Positions 48,469-57,851 of a stretch of 64,000 bases of DNA are shown piece by piece. The stretch is from Candidatus Fervidifonticultor sextus (GTDB lineage Bacteria > Sysuimicrobiota > Sysuimicrobiia > Sysuimicrobiales > Humicultoraceae), in contig JAVKHQ010000010.1 of NCBI GenBank assembly GCA_031459875.1, positions 22,281-86,280 on the forward strand, written 5' to 3'. Each line of letters opens with the position of its first letter. Within the stretch, counting starts at the first letter, position 1. Below the pieces are notes generated by a model, which was given only the letters and a program-made list of their open reading frames with translations, made no database searches and was not told the origin of the DNA. The position numbers were made by a program, and so were the translations under genes.

Positions 48469-50961
48469 TCACGCCTTGATCCGGCTGCCGGACGGGTCGA
48501 AGCGCGGATCGCGCTGTACGGTGGCCTGAATCCGCACCCCGTCCACCTCCACAGCCACCTCGGTCCCCAGGACGGCCAGCCGCACCGGCAGGTACGCGTA
48601 GGCGATGCTCTCCTCCACGAAGTACCCGTACCCTCCGCTGGTCACCCGGCTCACGACCCGGTCGCCCTCGAACACCGGCTCGTTCCCCAGCACGACCCGC
48701 TGCGGGTCCGCCAGCACCAGGCAGCAGAGCCTCCGCTTCAGCCCCTCCGCCTTCTGCCGCAGCAGCGCGTCGCGGCCCTGGAAGTCCCCTTTGTCGAGTT
48801 TGACGCAGAACGCCTGGCCGGACTCGTACGGCGTGTACTCCGGCGTGATGTCCGCGCTCCAGTACCGGTAGCCCTTCTCCAGCCGCAGGGAGTCCACCGC
48901 CCGGTAGCCGACGAGGCGCATGCCCAGCGGCCGGCCCGCCTCCCACAGCGCGTCCCAGAGGCGCAGGGCGTGGTCGGGACGCACGTACAGTTCCCAGCCG
49001 AGCTCGCCGACGTAGGTCACCCGGAGTGCCCGCGCCGGCACGCCGGCTGCCCTGACCTCCTGCCACGTCATGTAGGGGAAGGCCGCATTGGAGAGGTCGT
49101 CCTCGCAGACCTGCTGCAGGATGTCACGCGAGCGGGGTCCCCACACCCCGATGCAGGCCAGTTCCGTGGTGATGTCCCTGGCCACCACCGAGCCGTCGGA
49201 TGGAAGGTGCTTGCGGATCCAGTCCAGGTCGTGGACCCCGAAGGCGCTGCCCGTGACGACCATGAACCGGTCCGGGGCCAGGCGCGTCACCGTCAGGTCG
49301 CACTCGATGCCGCCGCGGGCGTTGAGCATTTGGGTGTAGGTCACGGACCCGGGCGGCCTGTCCATCTCGTTGTCTGTCAGCCACTGCAGGGCGGCCAGCG
49401 CCCCGCGGCCCTCGACCTCGAACTTGGAAAACGAGGTGAAATCGAACAGACCCGCCGTCTCGCGGGTAGCCAGGTGCTCGAGTGCGATCGCCGGGGACCA
49501 GTTGTGCCGCGCCCAGCCCAGCGGCCTCCAGGCTGTGGCGCGCGCCGCCAGGGTGCCGGCCTCGACGCCGCCGGCGGTTGTCGGTCCGTCGCTCCCGGAG
49601 CAGGCCGCCGGGTCGTTGCTGGCGAACCAGTTGGGCCGCTCCCAGCCGCCCTTCTCGCCCAGGACCGCGCCCGCCTCGACGAGCCGGGGATAGACCGGGC
49701 TCAGCCGGAAGCGGCGCGCGGTGTCCCACTCCTCGAACGGCAGGCTCACGGCCCCGTACCGGCGCGCGTAGGCTTCCACCGACCGCTCAATGGTGTGCGC
49801 GGCGTGCGCGTACTGCGGGCCGAACCGGCGGATGTCCATCCGCCAGACGTCCAGGCTCGGCTGGCCGTCCACGATCCACTCGGCCAGCACCCGGCCGATC
49901 CCGCCGCCGGCGGCGATCCCGTAGGCGTTGAACCCGGCGGCGACAAAGAACCCCCGGACGCCGGGCGCTTCGCCCATCATGAACTCGCCGTCGGGCGAAA
50001 ACGCTTCGGGACCGTTGATGATCCTGGAAATCTCCGCGTGCTCGAAGGCCGGGATGCGCCTGGCCGCGTTGCGCACCACCGGTTCGAAAATCGGCCAGTT
50101 GGTCGGCAGCAGCCGGTGGACGAAGTCGTTGGGGACGCCGTCGGTCGACCAGGGCTGGGGCTGCGCCTCGAACCCTCCCACCAGCAGTCCCCGGACCTCC
50201 TCGCGGGCGTAGACGCGCAGGTCCGGGTCACGCACCACGGGAAATTCGGGCCGCACGCCGTCGACGGGCTCGGTCAGCAGGTACTGGTGCTGCATGGGCA
50301 CGATCGGGACGCGTACGCCGACCATGCGGCCGATCCGGTCGGCCCAGATCCCGGCGGCGTTGACCACGACCGGCGTGCGGATCGTCCCGCGGTCGGTCAC
50401 CACCGCGTCGACGCGCCCGTGCTTCACCGTGATGCCAAGCACGGTGGTATTGGTGCAGATCTCCACCCCCCGGCTGCGGGCGCCGCGGGCCATGGCGAAG
50501 GTCACCCCGCTGCCGTCCACGCGGCCATCGGTGGGCATGTAGACGGCGCCCACTAGGTCGCGCTCGCTCAGCAGGGGGAAGAGGGCCACCGCCTCGCGGG
50601 GGCTGAGCACCTCCACGGGCAGTCCGAAGGTTCGGGCCAGGGCGGCCTGGCGCAGGTTCTCCTCCATGCGCAGTGCGCTGGAGGCCAGGCGCAGGCTGCC
50701 GCACGGCCGCCAGTCCGTCTCCTGCCCGGTCTCCCGGGCCAACCGCGCGTACAGGTCGGCGCTGAACATCATGATGCGGGTGAGGCTGAGCGATCCGCGC
50801 AGTTGGCCGACCAGCCCGGCCGCGTGCCAGGTGGAACCGCTGGTGAGTTCGGCCTTCTCCACCAGCACGACGTCCCGCCACCCCAGCAGCGAGAGGTGGT
50901 AGGCGACGCTGCACCCGACGATCCCGCCGCCGATGATGACCGCCTGCGCTTCCGACTTCAT
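48469..50961 (-). CDS. Dimethylglycine/sarcosine dehydrogenase-like FAD oxidoreductase with GcvT (THF-binding) domain, copy 2
   Basis: IIGGGIVG, GSTWHAAG, NGPEAFSPDG, GWERPNWF, TYVGELGWE, SLRLEKGY. Confidence 0.92.
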   Translation of the reverse strand: MKSEAQAVIIGGGIVGCSVAYHLSLLGWRDVVLVEKAELTSGSTWHAAGLVGQLRGSLSLTRIMMFSADLYARLARETGQETDWRPCGSLRLASSALRMEENLRQAALARTFGLPVEVLSPREAVALFPLLSERDLVGAVYMPTDGRVDGSGVTFAMARGARSRGVEICTNTTVLGITVKHGRVDAVVTDRGTIRTPVVVNAAGIWADRIGRMVGVRVPIVPMQHQYLLTEPVDGVRPEFPVVRDPDLRVYAREEVRGLLVGGFEAQPQPWSTDGVPNDFVHRLLPTNWPIFEPVVRNAARRIPAFEHAEISRIINGPEAFSPDGEFMMGEAPGVRGFFVAAGFNAYGIAAGGGIGRVLAEWIVDGQPSLDVWRMDIRRFGPQYAHAAHTIERSVEAYARRYGAVSLPFEEWDTARRFRLSPVYPRLVEAGAVLGEKGGWERPNWFASNDPAACSGSDGPTTAGGVEAGTLAARATAWRPLGWARHNWSPAIALEHLATRETAGLFDFTSFSKFEVEGRGALAALQWLTDNEMDRPPGSVTYTQMLNARGGIECDLTVTRLAPDRFMVVTGSAFGVHDLDWIRKHLPSDGSVVARDITTELACIGVWGPRSRDILQQVCEDDLSNAAFPYMTWQEVRAAGVPARALRVTYVGELGWELYVRPDHALRLWDALWEAGRPLGMRLVGYRAVDSLRLEKGYRYWSADITPEYTPYESGQAFCVKLDKGDFQGRDALLRQKAEGLKRRLCCLVLADPQRVVLGNEPVFEGDRVVSRVTSGGYGYFVEESIAYAYLPVRLAVLGTEVAVEVDGVRIQATVQRDPRFDPSGSRIKA

Positions 50962-50962
50962 C

Positions 50963-52264
50963 TCAACCTCCAGACCGGGCAGACACCCGCCGGACGTCCT
51001 CCCGCAGCGCGTCGCGGGCAGCGTCCAGGAAGCGTCCCAGGTCCGCCTCGGTGTGCGCCAGCGAGAGGTACAGCTTGGTGGACATGGGGTTCAGGAAGAT
51101 CCCCCGTCGGAACAGCCCCAGCAGGAAGGCCCGGGCCCTCACCCGGTCGGCGCGGGCGGCCGTGCGGTAGTCGGTCACCTCTCGATCGGTGAACACCACC
51201 GCGGCCAGCGGACCGTCGCCCTGGACGTGGGCCGCCACCCCCTCTTCGCCCAGCACCGCCCGCAGACCGCTGCGGAGGGCAGCCCCCAGGGCGAAGAGGC
51301 GGTCGTAGGTGCCAGGCTTCCGCAACTCGGCGAGGACGGTCAGTCCGGCAACCGCGGACAGCGGGTTGGCACCCAGCGAGGAGGCGAACCACACGTAGCG
51401 GTCCTCGCCCAGCCGGTCCTCGCGGACCAGGTCGAGGATCTCGGCCCGCCCGACCACGGCGCCGATCGGCAGCCCGCCCCCCAGCGCCTTGCCCAGAGCG
51501 GCCAGGTCGGGGACGACGCCGTAGTAGGCCTGCGCGCCGCCGTAGGCCAGGCGGAAGCCGGTCACGACCTCATCGAACACGAGCAGCGCCCCAATCCCAT
51601 TCGCCAGCTCCCGCAGCCCCTCCAGGAAGCCCGGGCGCGGAGGAGTGCAGCGGTGGAGCGGCTCCACGATGATCGCGGCCACCTCGTGGCCGTGGGTCTG
51701 CAGGATCCGTCCGGTTGTGTCCAGGTCGTTGTAGGGCGCGACGAGGATGTTCTCGATGACGGCGGGGGGCAGGCCGGCCGAGGTGGGCTCGGCCCGGGGA
51801 AAGTCCAGCAGCCGCCTCGGGAACAGGCTGACGGTGCCCACTTCGTTGGCGCCGTGGTAGGCCCCCTCGAACTTGAGGACCTTGGGGCGTCCGGTATGCG
51901 CTCGGGCCAGCCGGACGGCGTAAGCCGTGGCCTCGGTGCCCGAGGCACAGAACCGCACCCGCTCGGCGCAGGCCACCGCCCGCACCAGTTCCTCGGCCAG
52001 TTCAAGCGAAGGTTCCGTGATGTACGCGAAGTTGGACCCCAGCCCCATGCGGGTCCGGACGGCTTCCACGACGGCGGGGTGGGCGTGGCCGAGCAGCACC
52101 GACCCCCAGCCCATGGTGAAGTCGGTGAAGCGGCGTCCCTGCGAGTCCCACACCGCCGCCTCTTCTCCCCGGACCAGGACCGTCACCAGGTCGGGCGGCA
52201 GGTCGTACTCGCCCGGCGAGCCTGCCGGGAAGACAGCCAGGGCGCGTTCGGCGGGGGTCGGCAC
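50963..52264 (-). CDS. Class III aminotransferase, GSA-aminomutase-like subgroup
   Basis: SGTEAT, KFEGAYHG, FDEVVTGFR, GKALGGGLP; lacks the HemL PGGVNSPVR motif. Confidence 0.85.
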   Translation of the reverse strand: MPTPAERALAVFPAGSPGEYDLPPDLVTVLVRGEEAAVWDSQGRRFTDFTMGWGSVLLGHAHPAVVEAVRTRMGLGSNFAYITEPSLELAEELVRAVACAERVRFCASGTEATAYAVRLARAHTGRPKVLKFEGAYHGANEVGTVSLFPRRLLDFPRAEPTSAGLPPAVIENILVAPYNDLDTTGRILQTHGHEVAAIIVEPLHRCTPPRPGFLEGLRELANGIGALLVFDEVVTGFRLAYGGAQAYYGVVPDLAALGKALGGGLPIGAVVGRAEILDLVREDRLGEDRYVWFASSLGANPLSAVAGLTVLAELRKPGTYDRLFALGAALRSGLRAVLGEEGVAAHVQGDGPLAAVVFTDREVTDYRTAARADRVRARAFLLGLFRRGIFLNPMSTKLYLSLAHTEADLGRFLDAARDALREDVRRVSARSGG

Positions 52265-52270
52265 GAGGGA

Positions 52271-54766
52271 TCAGGCCTTGATCCGGCTGTGGGTGGGATC
52301 GTAGCGCGGCTCGCGCTGGACGGTGGCCCCGAGGCGCTCGCCGTCCACCACGACGGCGAGCTCGGTGCCGACGCCCGCGAGCTCGACTGGCAGGTAGGCG
52401 TAGGCGATGCTCTCGCCCACCGTGTACCCGTAGCCTCCGCTGGTCACCCGGCCGACCGCCCGATCGCCGTCGAGCACCGGTTCGTTCCCCAGCGCCACCC
52501 GCTGCGGGTCGGACAGCACGAGGCAGCAGAGCCTCTGGCGGACCCCCTCGGCCTTCTGCCGCAGCAGCGCCTCGCGGCCCTGGAAGTCCCCCTTGTCCAG
52601 CTTGACGCAGAAGGCCTGCCCCGATTCGTAGGGGGTGTACTCCGGCGTGATGTCCACGCCCCAGTAGCGGTAGCCCTTCTCCAGCCGCAGGGAGTCCACC
52701 GCGCGATATCCGACCGGGCGCAGCCCCAGCGGCCGCCCCGCCTCCCACAGCGCGTCCCACACCGTCAGGCCCGACGCCATCGGGACGTAGAACTCCCACC
52801 CCAGTTCCCCCACGTAGGTCACGCGCTGCGCGCGCACGGGGACGCCCGCCACCCGGATCTCCCGGGAGGTCATGTAGGGGAAGGCCGTATTGGACACGTC
52901 GTCGTCGCAGACCTGCTGCAGGATCTGGCGCGCCTTTGGACCCCACAGGCCGATGCAGCACCGCTCGGCCGAAACGTCCCGGATGGCGACGGACCCGTCG
53001 TCCGGGAGGTGCCGCCGGATCCAGTCCAGGTCGTGGACGCCGAAGGCGCTCCCGGTGATGATCATGAACCGGTCCGGGGCCAGCCGCGTCACCGTGAGGT
53101 CGCACTCGATGCCGCCGCGGGCGTTGAGCATCTGCGTGTAGGTCACGGTCCCCGGCGGCCTGTCCATCTGGTTGTCGGTCAGCCACTGCAGGGCGGCCAG
53201 CGCCCCGGGGCCTTCGACCTCGAACTTGGAAAACGAGGTGAAGTCGAACAGGCCGGCCGCCTCCCGCACCGCGCGGTGCTCGACCCCGATGGCCGGCGAC
53301 CAGTTGAGCCGCGCCCAGCCCAGGGGGGTCCAGTCCCGGGGCCCGACAGCGGCCGTCTCGCCGGGTCCCGCGCCCCGCGTGGCCGCCGACCCGGGATTGT
53401 GTGGGTTGCCCGCGGCCGCTGCCGGTGCGTTGCTCGCAAACCAGTTCGGCCGCTCCCAGCCGCCCTTCTCCCCGAAGACCGCGCCCATGGCCGCCAGGCG
53501 GGGGTACGGCGGACTGACCTTCAGGCCCCGCGCTGATTCGCGCTCCTCGAACGGGGGATGGAGCCAGTAGTTCTTCTCGTAGGTCTCCAGCGCCCGGGCC
53601 GCCGCGTAGGCCCGATCGGCGTAGTGGGGCTGGAAGCGGCGGATGTCCATGCGCCACACGTCCATGTCCGGCGCGCCCTCGGTGATCCACTCGGCCATCA
53701 CCTTCCCGACGCCGCCCGCGCAGGCGATGCCGGGAGAACCGCCGGCGACGAAGAACCCCCGCACCCCGGGCGCCTCGCCCAGGACCAGATCGCCGTCGGG
53801 CGTGAAGCCGTCGGGCCCGTTGATGAGTTTGTAGACGCCGGCCCGCTCCACGGCCGGGAGGCGGGCGGTGATGTTCTTCGCCACCTGCTCGAACTTGTCC
53901 CAGTTGGGCGCCAGCAGCCGGTGGTGGAAGTCGGCGGGGATGCCGTCCAGCCCGAAGGGGATCGGACTGGCCTCGTACCAGCCGATGCACAGGCCGCCGA
54001 CTTCCTCGCGGAAGTAGATCAGCAGATCCGGATCGCGGACCACCGGCATGCGGCGGTGTGTCCCCTCGATGGGGCCGGTCAGGAGGTACTGGTGCTCGAT
54101 GCCGACCACCGGCACCGCGACCCCGGCCATGGCGCCGATGTGCGCGGCCCAGATCCCGGCGCAGTTCACCACGACGTCGGTGCGAATCGTGCCGCGGGTG
54201 GTGGTGACCGCGCGCACCCGGCCGTCGCGGACGGTGATGCCCGTGACCTCCGTCTCGGTATAGATCTCCGCCCCCTGGTTCCTGGCCCCCCTGGCCAAGG
54301 CAAAGGTCAGCCCGCTGGGATCCACGCTGCCGTCGGTGGGCAGGTAGGCCGCGCCCAGCAGGCCCCGGTCGCTCATCACCGGGAAGAGTTCAACCGCTTC
54401 CTTCGGCGTCAGCAGCTCCATGGGCAGCCCGAAGGTCCGGGCCGTGGCCGCGTGGCGTTTGAGTTCCAGCATGCGCTCCGGGGTCGAAGCCAGCCGCAGG
54501 CTCCCGGTCTCGCGCCAGTCGGGGTCGTGGCCGGTCTCGGCCCCGAGCCTGCGGTACAGTTCGACGCTGTACATGATCATGCGGGTCAGGGTAACCGAGC
54601 CGCGGAGCTGGCCCACCAGGCCCGCCGCATGGAATGTCGCGCCGCCGGTCAGGCCGCCCTTCTCCACCAGGACGATGTCGCGCCAGCCCATGCTGGCGAG
54701 ATGGTAAGCGATGCTGCACCCGTAGACGCCGCCCCCGATGATGACGGCCTGCGCGCAAGACTTCAC
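52271..54766 (-). CDS. Dimethylglycine/sarcosine dehydrogenase-like FAD oxidoreductase with GcvT domain, copy 1
   Basis: IIGGGVYG, GATFHAAG, NGPDGFTPDG, GWERPNWF, TYVGELGWE, SLRLEKGY; GGAGGAG RBS. Confidence 0.92.
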   Translation of the reverse strand: MKSCAQAVIIGGGVYGCSIAYHLASMGWRDIVLVEKGGLTGGATFHAAGLVGQLRGSVTLTRMIMYSVELYRRLGAETGHDPDWRETGSLRLASTPERMLELKRHAATARTFGLPMELLTPKEAVELFPVMSDRGLLGAAYLPTDGSVDPSGLTFALARGARNQGAEIYTETEVTGITVRDGRVRAVTTTRGTIRTDVVVNCAGIWAAHIGAMAGVAVPVVGIEHQYLLTGPIEGTHRRMPVVRDPDLLIYFREEVGGLCIGWYEASPIPFGLDGIPADFHHRLLAPNWDKFEQVAKNITARLPAVERAGVYKLINGPDGFTPDGDLVLGEAPGVRGFFVAGGSPGIACAGGVGKVMAEWITEGAPDMDVWRMDIRRFQPHYADRAYAAARALETYEKNYWLHPPFEERESARGLKVSPPYPRLAAMGAVFGEKGGWERPNWFASNAPAAAAGNPHNPGSAATRGAGPGETAAVGPRDWTPLGWARLNWSPAIGVEHRAVREAAGLFDFTSFSKFEVEGPGALAALQWLTDNQMDRPPGTVTYTQMLNARGGIECDLTVTRLAPDRFMIITGSAFGVHDLDWIRRHLPDDGSVAIRDVSAERCCIGLWGPKARQILQQVCDDDVSNTAFPYMTSREIRVAGVPVRAQRVTYVGELGWEFYVPMASGLTVWDALWEAGRPLGLRPVGYRAVDSLRLEKGYRYWGVDITPEYTPYESGQAFCVKLDKGDFQGREALLRQKAEGVRQRLCCLVLSDPQRVALGNEPVLDGDRAVGRVTSGGYGYTVGESIAYAYLPVELAGVGTELAVVVDGERLGATVQREPRYDPTHSRIKA

Positions 54767-54956
54767 CGGTGCTCCTCCAGATCAGCCGACGCCCTGAGAA
54801 GATTCGAGCCGCGGGTCAGGGCGTCCCTGCCGGCGGCGGGACGCGCAGCCAGCGATGTTGAAGTCTGCGGAAACGTCCACCCTTCCCATGGGAGGCAGCA
54901 CGCTCCCTTCCCGGTGAGCAACGCCTTTCTGCCTCCGACTGTGATAGAGTGGGACT

Positions 54957-56261
54957 ATGACGTCCAAGCAGCGTCCAAGCAGAATGGGGCAGGTCGTGCG
55001 GGATCCCACCGCGGTGCCGGGGAAGACATGGGCCTACTGGTTCCGGCGCGTGTTCAGGAACTCCTACACGCGCCGGGGGCGGTTGATCCGCGTGCGCCGC
55101 TGGGCCGTCAAGATCCAGCACCGGGGCCGACGCCGCACCTTCTCCCTGGGTGCCGTCCCGCGCCGGGAAGCGGCCAGGCGCGCGCAGGCCGTCTACCGCG
55201 CCATCGTCACCCACGGATGGGACGCCGCCGTGGGATCCGCCGGGCTGCGCGCCACGCCAGCCTCCGACGCCGCCTCGAAGGCCACCGCCGCGTACTGGAG
55301 ACGACGCCTGCTGGCACGGCGGTACACCGAAGGCCTCCGGCCCCACCTGGCCGGCGAACTCTCGGCGTGGATCGAGCACGGCGGCGAGGGCCACTACATC
55401 CCCCTGGGGACCGCCGACCCGACCCAGGCCGCGCGGCGGGCGGCGGAGATCTACCGCAGCGTCGCGACCGCCGGGTGGCCCGCGGCCAAGCAGCTCTTCG
55501 CCAGGGAGATCACCGTGGCCGTGTTCTGGGCGATGGATCCCCTGGCCTGCACCTACACCACGCTCTTCACGCAGCCCCTCGAAGGCGAGACCGGACCGCG
55601 CGGGGGATCGGTCCGGAGGCGCGCCGGGCTGGTCTGCGTGGTGGATGCCGATGCGGGCGTCCGGGGCGCCCTCGCCTCCTGCGTGGCGATGCAGCCGGAG
55701 GGATGGAAGGTGACCACCCTGGCCACCGCCGGGGACGCGCTGCGCCTGGGCCCCCACCTGGGAGCCTCGCTCGTCTTGCTGAACCGGGACCTCCCCGGCA
55801 TGGGCGGCGGCGAGTGCGCCCAGCGCCTCCGGGCCCGCCACCCTGATCTCGCCGTGTTCACCTATGGCGTCTACGACGACAGCGACCAACTCTTCTTGTC
55901 GTTTGGCGGCGTGCCGGCCGGCTACATCCTCAAGCGCCGGCCCCCGGGGCTGCTGCTGGAACCGGTGGCGTCGCTGGGTCCCCTCGCGCCCCTGCGGAGG
56001 CACCAGGTAGCCCGGGCCGTCCGGCGCTACTTCCAGGGCCTCTTCGACGCGCCGTCTCCGCGCGGGGCGCAGCCGTTGGCCCGCCTCACGCCCCGCGAGC
56101 AGGAGATCCTCGAATACCTGAGCAAGGGCCACGGGGACAAGGAAATCGCCCAGCGTCTGGGGATCAGCGCCTGGACCGTCCACGGCCACCTGCGGAGCAT
56201 CTTCGGGAAACTCCAGGTCCACACCCGCACGGAGGCCGCCATCCGGTACCTCCAGAAGTGA
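54957..56261 (+). CDS. LuxR-family regulator with duplicated N-terminal domain and atypical receiver domain
   Basis: LTPREQEIL..L.KG..DKEIA..LGIS..TVHGH..SIF.KL HTH; REC-like VVDAD..LVLLNRDLPGMGG..GYILK; TG-A-TAGAGT 6 nt before ATG suggests leaderless mRNA. Confidence 0.85.
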   Translation: MTSKQRPSRMGQVVRDPTAVPGKTWAYWFRRVFRNSYTRRGRLIRVRRWAVKIQHRGRRRTFSLGAVPRREAARRAQAVYRAIVTHGWDAAVGSAGLRATPASDAASKATAAYWRRRLLARRYTEGLRPHLAGELSAWIEHGGEGHYIPLGTADPTQAARRAAEIYRSVATAGWPAAKQLFAREITVAVFWAMDPLACTYTTLFTQPLEGETGPRGGSVRRRAGLVCVVDADAGVRGALASCVAMQPEGWKVTTLATAGDALRLGPHLGASLVLLNRDLPGMGGGECAQRLRARHPDLAVFTYGVYDDSDQLFLSFGGVPAGYILKRRPPGLLLEPVASLGPLAPLRRHQVARAVRRYFQGLFDAPSPRGAQPLARLTPREQEILEYLSKGHGDKEIAQRLGISAWTVHGHLRSIFGKLQVHTRTEAAIRYLQK

Positions 56262-56336
56262 CCGCCCCGGCCCCCCAGGACTGGCTATTGTCTGCCTCCT
56301 GCTCTCCTCCGTACGGTACGATTCAGGTGACGGAGC

Positions 56337-57191
56337 ATGGGAGGATCGGCCACGCTGATCGTCGGTGAACTCATCAACTCGACCCGCAAGCAGATCCAGC
56401 CGCTGCTGGAATCGCGCGATGCCGGAGCCATCGTCGACCTCGCCCGCCGGCAGGTCGAGGCCGGCGCGCACCTGGTGGACGTCAACTGCGCCACCCTCAT
56501 GGAGGACGAGGTCCCGGCCATGGAGTGGGCGGTGCGGACCATCCAGGGCGCCCTGGACGTCCGCCTGTCCATCGACAGCCCCAACCCCAAGGCGCTGCGG
56601 CGGGGCCTGGAGGTGCACCGGGGCAGGGCCCTCCTGGATTCCATCAACCTCGAGCAGGACCGCTGGAAGGACCTCATCCCGGTGATCAGGGAGTTCCGGC
56701 CCGAGGTCGTGGCTCTGTGCATGGACGACCAGGGGATTCCCTCCACGGCCTCCGGCAAACTGGAGTGTGCCGCGCGGTTGATCGACGGGCTCACCGACGC
56801 CGGCGTGCCGCCCGAGGACATCCTGGTGGACCCGCTGCTGTTCCCCATCGCCACGGACAGCCGGTGCGTCGTGGTGTTCCTGGAGGCGCTGGACCTGATC
56901 AAGGAACGGTATCCCGGCGTGCGGACCATCTGCGGGCTGAGCAACGTCTCCTTCGGGCTGCCCCACCGTGCCCAGATCAACCAGGTCTTCCTCGTCCTCT
57001 GCCTGGCCCACGGGATGGACGCGTTCATCCTCGATCCGCTGGACCGGCGCCTGATGGCCAACCTGACCACGGCCCAGATGCTGCTGGGGCAGGACGAGTA
57101 CTGTCGCCGCTACCTGGCGGCCGTGCGGGCCGGGACGTTCAACTTCGCGACGCCGCGGGCGGGCGGAGGAGACCCGCGGTCGTCCGGCTGA
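56337..57191 (+). CDS. Methyltetrahydrofolate:corrinoid methyltransferase (pterin-binding, AcsE/MetH folate domain)
   Basis: IVGELINSTRK, QVEAGA..VDVN, LSIDSPNP, DSIN, VDPL, CGLSNVSFGLP.R..IN. Confidence 0.9.
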   Translation: MGGSATLIVGELINSTRKQIQPLLESRDAGAIVDLARRQVEAGAHLVDVNCATLMEDEVPAMEWAVRTIQGALDVRLSIDSPNPKALRRGLEVHRGRALLDSINLEQDRWKDLIPVIREFRPEVVALCMDDQGIPSTASGKLECAARLIDGLTDAGVPPEDILVDPLLFPIATDSRCVVVFLEALDLIKERYPGVRTICGLSNVSFGLPHRAQINQVFLVLCLAHGMDAFILDPLDRRLMANLTTAQMLLGQDEYCRRYLAAVRAGTFNFATPRAGGGDPRSSG

Positions 57192-57194
57192 ACC

Positions 57195-57851
57195 ATGATC
57201 GAAGAGTTGACTCTCCCCCGGCCGCGCGTGGACCCCGACCTCATCCTGCGGTTGCAGAAGTACCGGGCGCCCGACAAGGTCTCCCCGGCCGTCAGAGAGA
57301 CGGCCCGCAGGATGGCCTCGCTGGCCGAGGCGCTGGTGGAGCCGCGGGGGTGGATGCGGCGCGAAGCGGTCGCCGCCGTGGAGGCCGACGGCCGCGTGCG
57401 GCTCGCGGGCGGCATCGAGTTCTCCAGCCGCGCCCTGGCCCGCACACTGCGGGACGCTGCGGAAGCGGTCCTCGTCATCCTTACCATTGGACCCGCCCTC
57501 GAACGGCATGCGCAGGACCTCGTCGAGGCCGAGCAGCCGGCAGAGGGACTGCTGCTGGACACCGCCGGGTGGGCGGCGCTGGACGCGCTCGTCAAAGACC
57601 TGCGGGCTCGGCTGCGGGCCGAGGTCTCCCCGCTGCGTCTGACAGGACGCCTGGCGCCGGGATTCGCCGACTGGCCGCTGGAGCAGCAGCGCGTCCTGTT
57701 CTCCGCGTTCTCGGGGGGCCGCCTGGGGGTGGAGTTGACCGGATCATGCGTGATGCTGCCGCGCAAGTCCATCTCGGGGATCTACGGCCTCGTCCCCGCC
57801 ACGTGCCGCCGGGACGCCGTGCTCCCTGATCGCGGGGCGGCGAGCCCGTGA
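57195..57851 (+). CDS. Stand-alone B12-dependent methionine synthase activation domain-like protein
   Basis: LTIGPALE, LLDTAG, RLAPGFADWPLEQQ, GVELT.SC.MLPRKSISGI. Confidence 0.85.
   Translation: MIEELTLPRPRVDPDLILRLQKYRAPDKVSPAVRETARRMASLAEALVEPRGWMRREAVAAVEADGRVRLAGGIEFSSRALARTLRDAAEAVLVILTIGPALERHAQDLVEAEQPAEGLLLDTAGWAALDALVKDLRARLRAEVSPLRLTGRLAPGFADWPLEQQRVLFSAFSGGRLGVELTGSCVMLPRKSISGIYGLVPATCRRDAVLPDRGAASP

Noticed and set aside
50963..52264. hemL assignment
   Set aside because: HemL-specific motifs are absent and no tetrapyrrole genes are nearby.
54767..56336. Cobalamin, glycine, THF, SAM or ZTP riboswitch near the one-carbon genes
   Set aside because: Conserved cores were not recognisable by eye; an Rfam scan would be needed to exclude them fully.
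56337..57191. Dihydropteroate synthase or Wood-Ljungdahl acsE assignment
   Set aside because: Motifs and neighbours indicate a corrinoid:THF methyltransferase; no CODH/ACS or folate genes are in the window.
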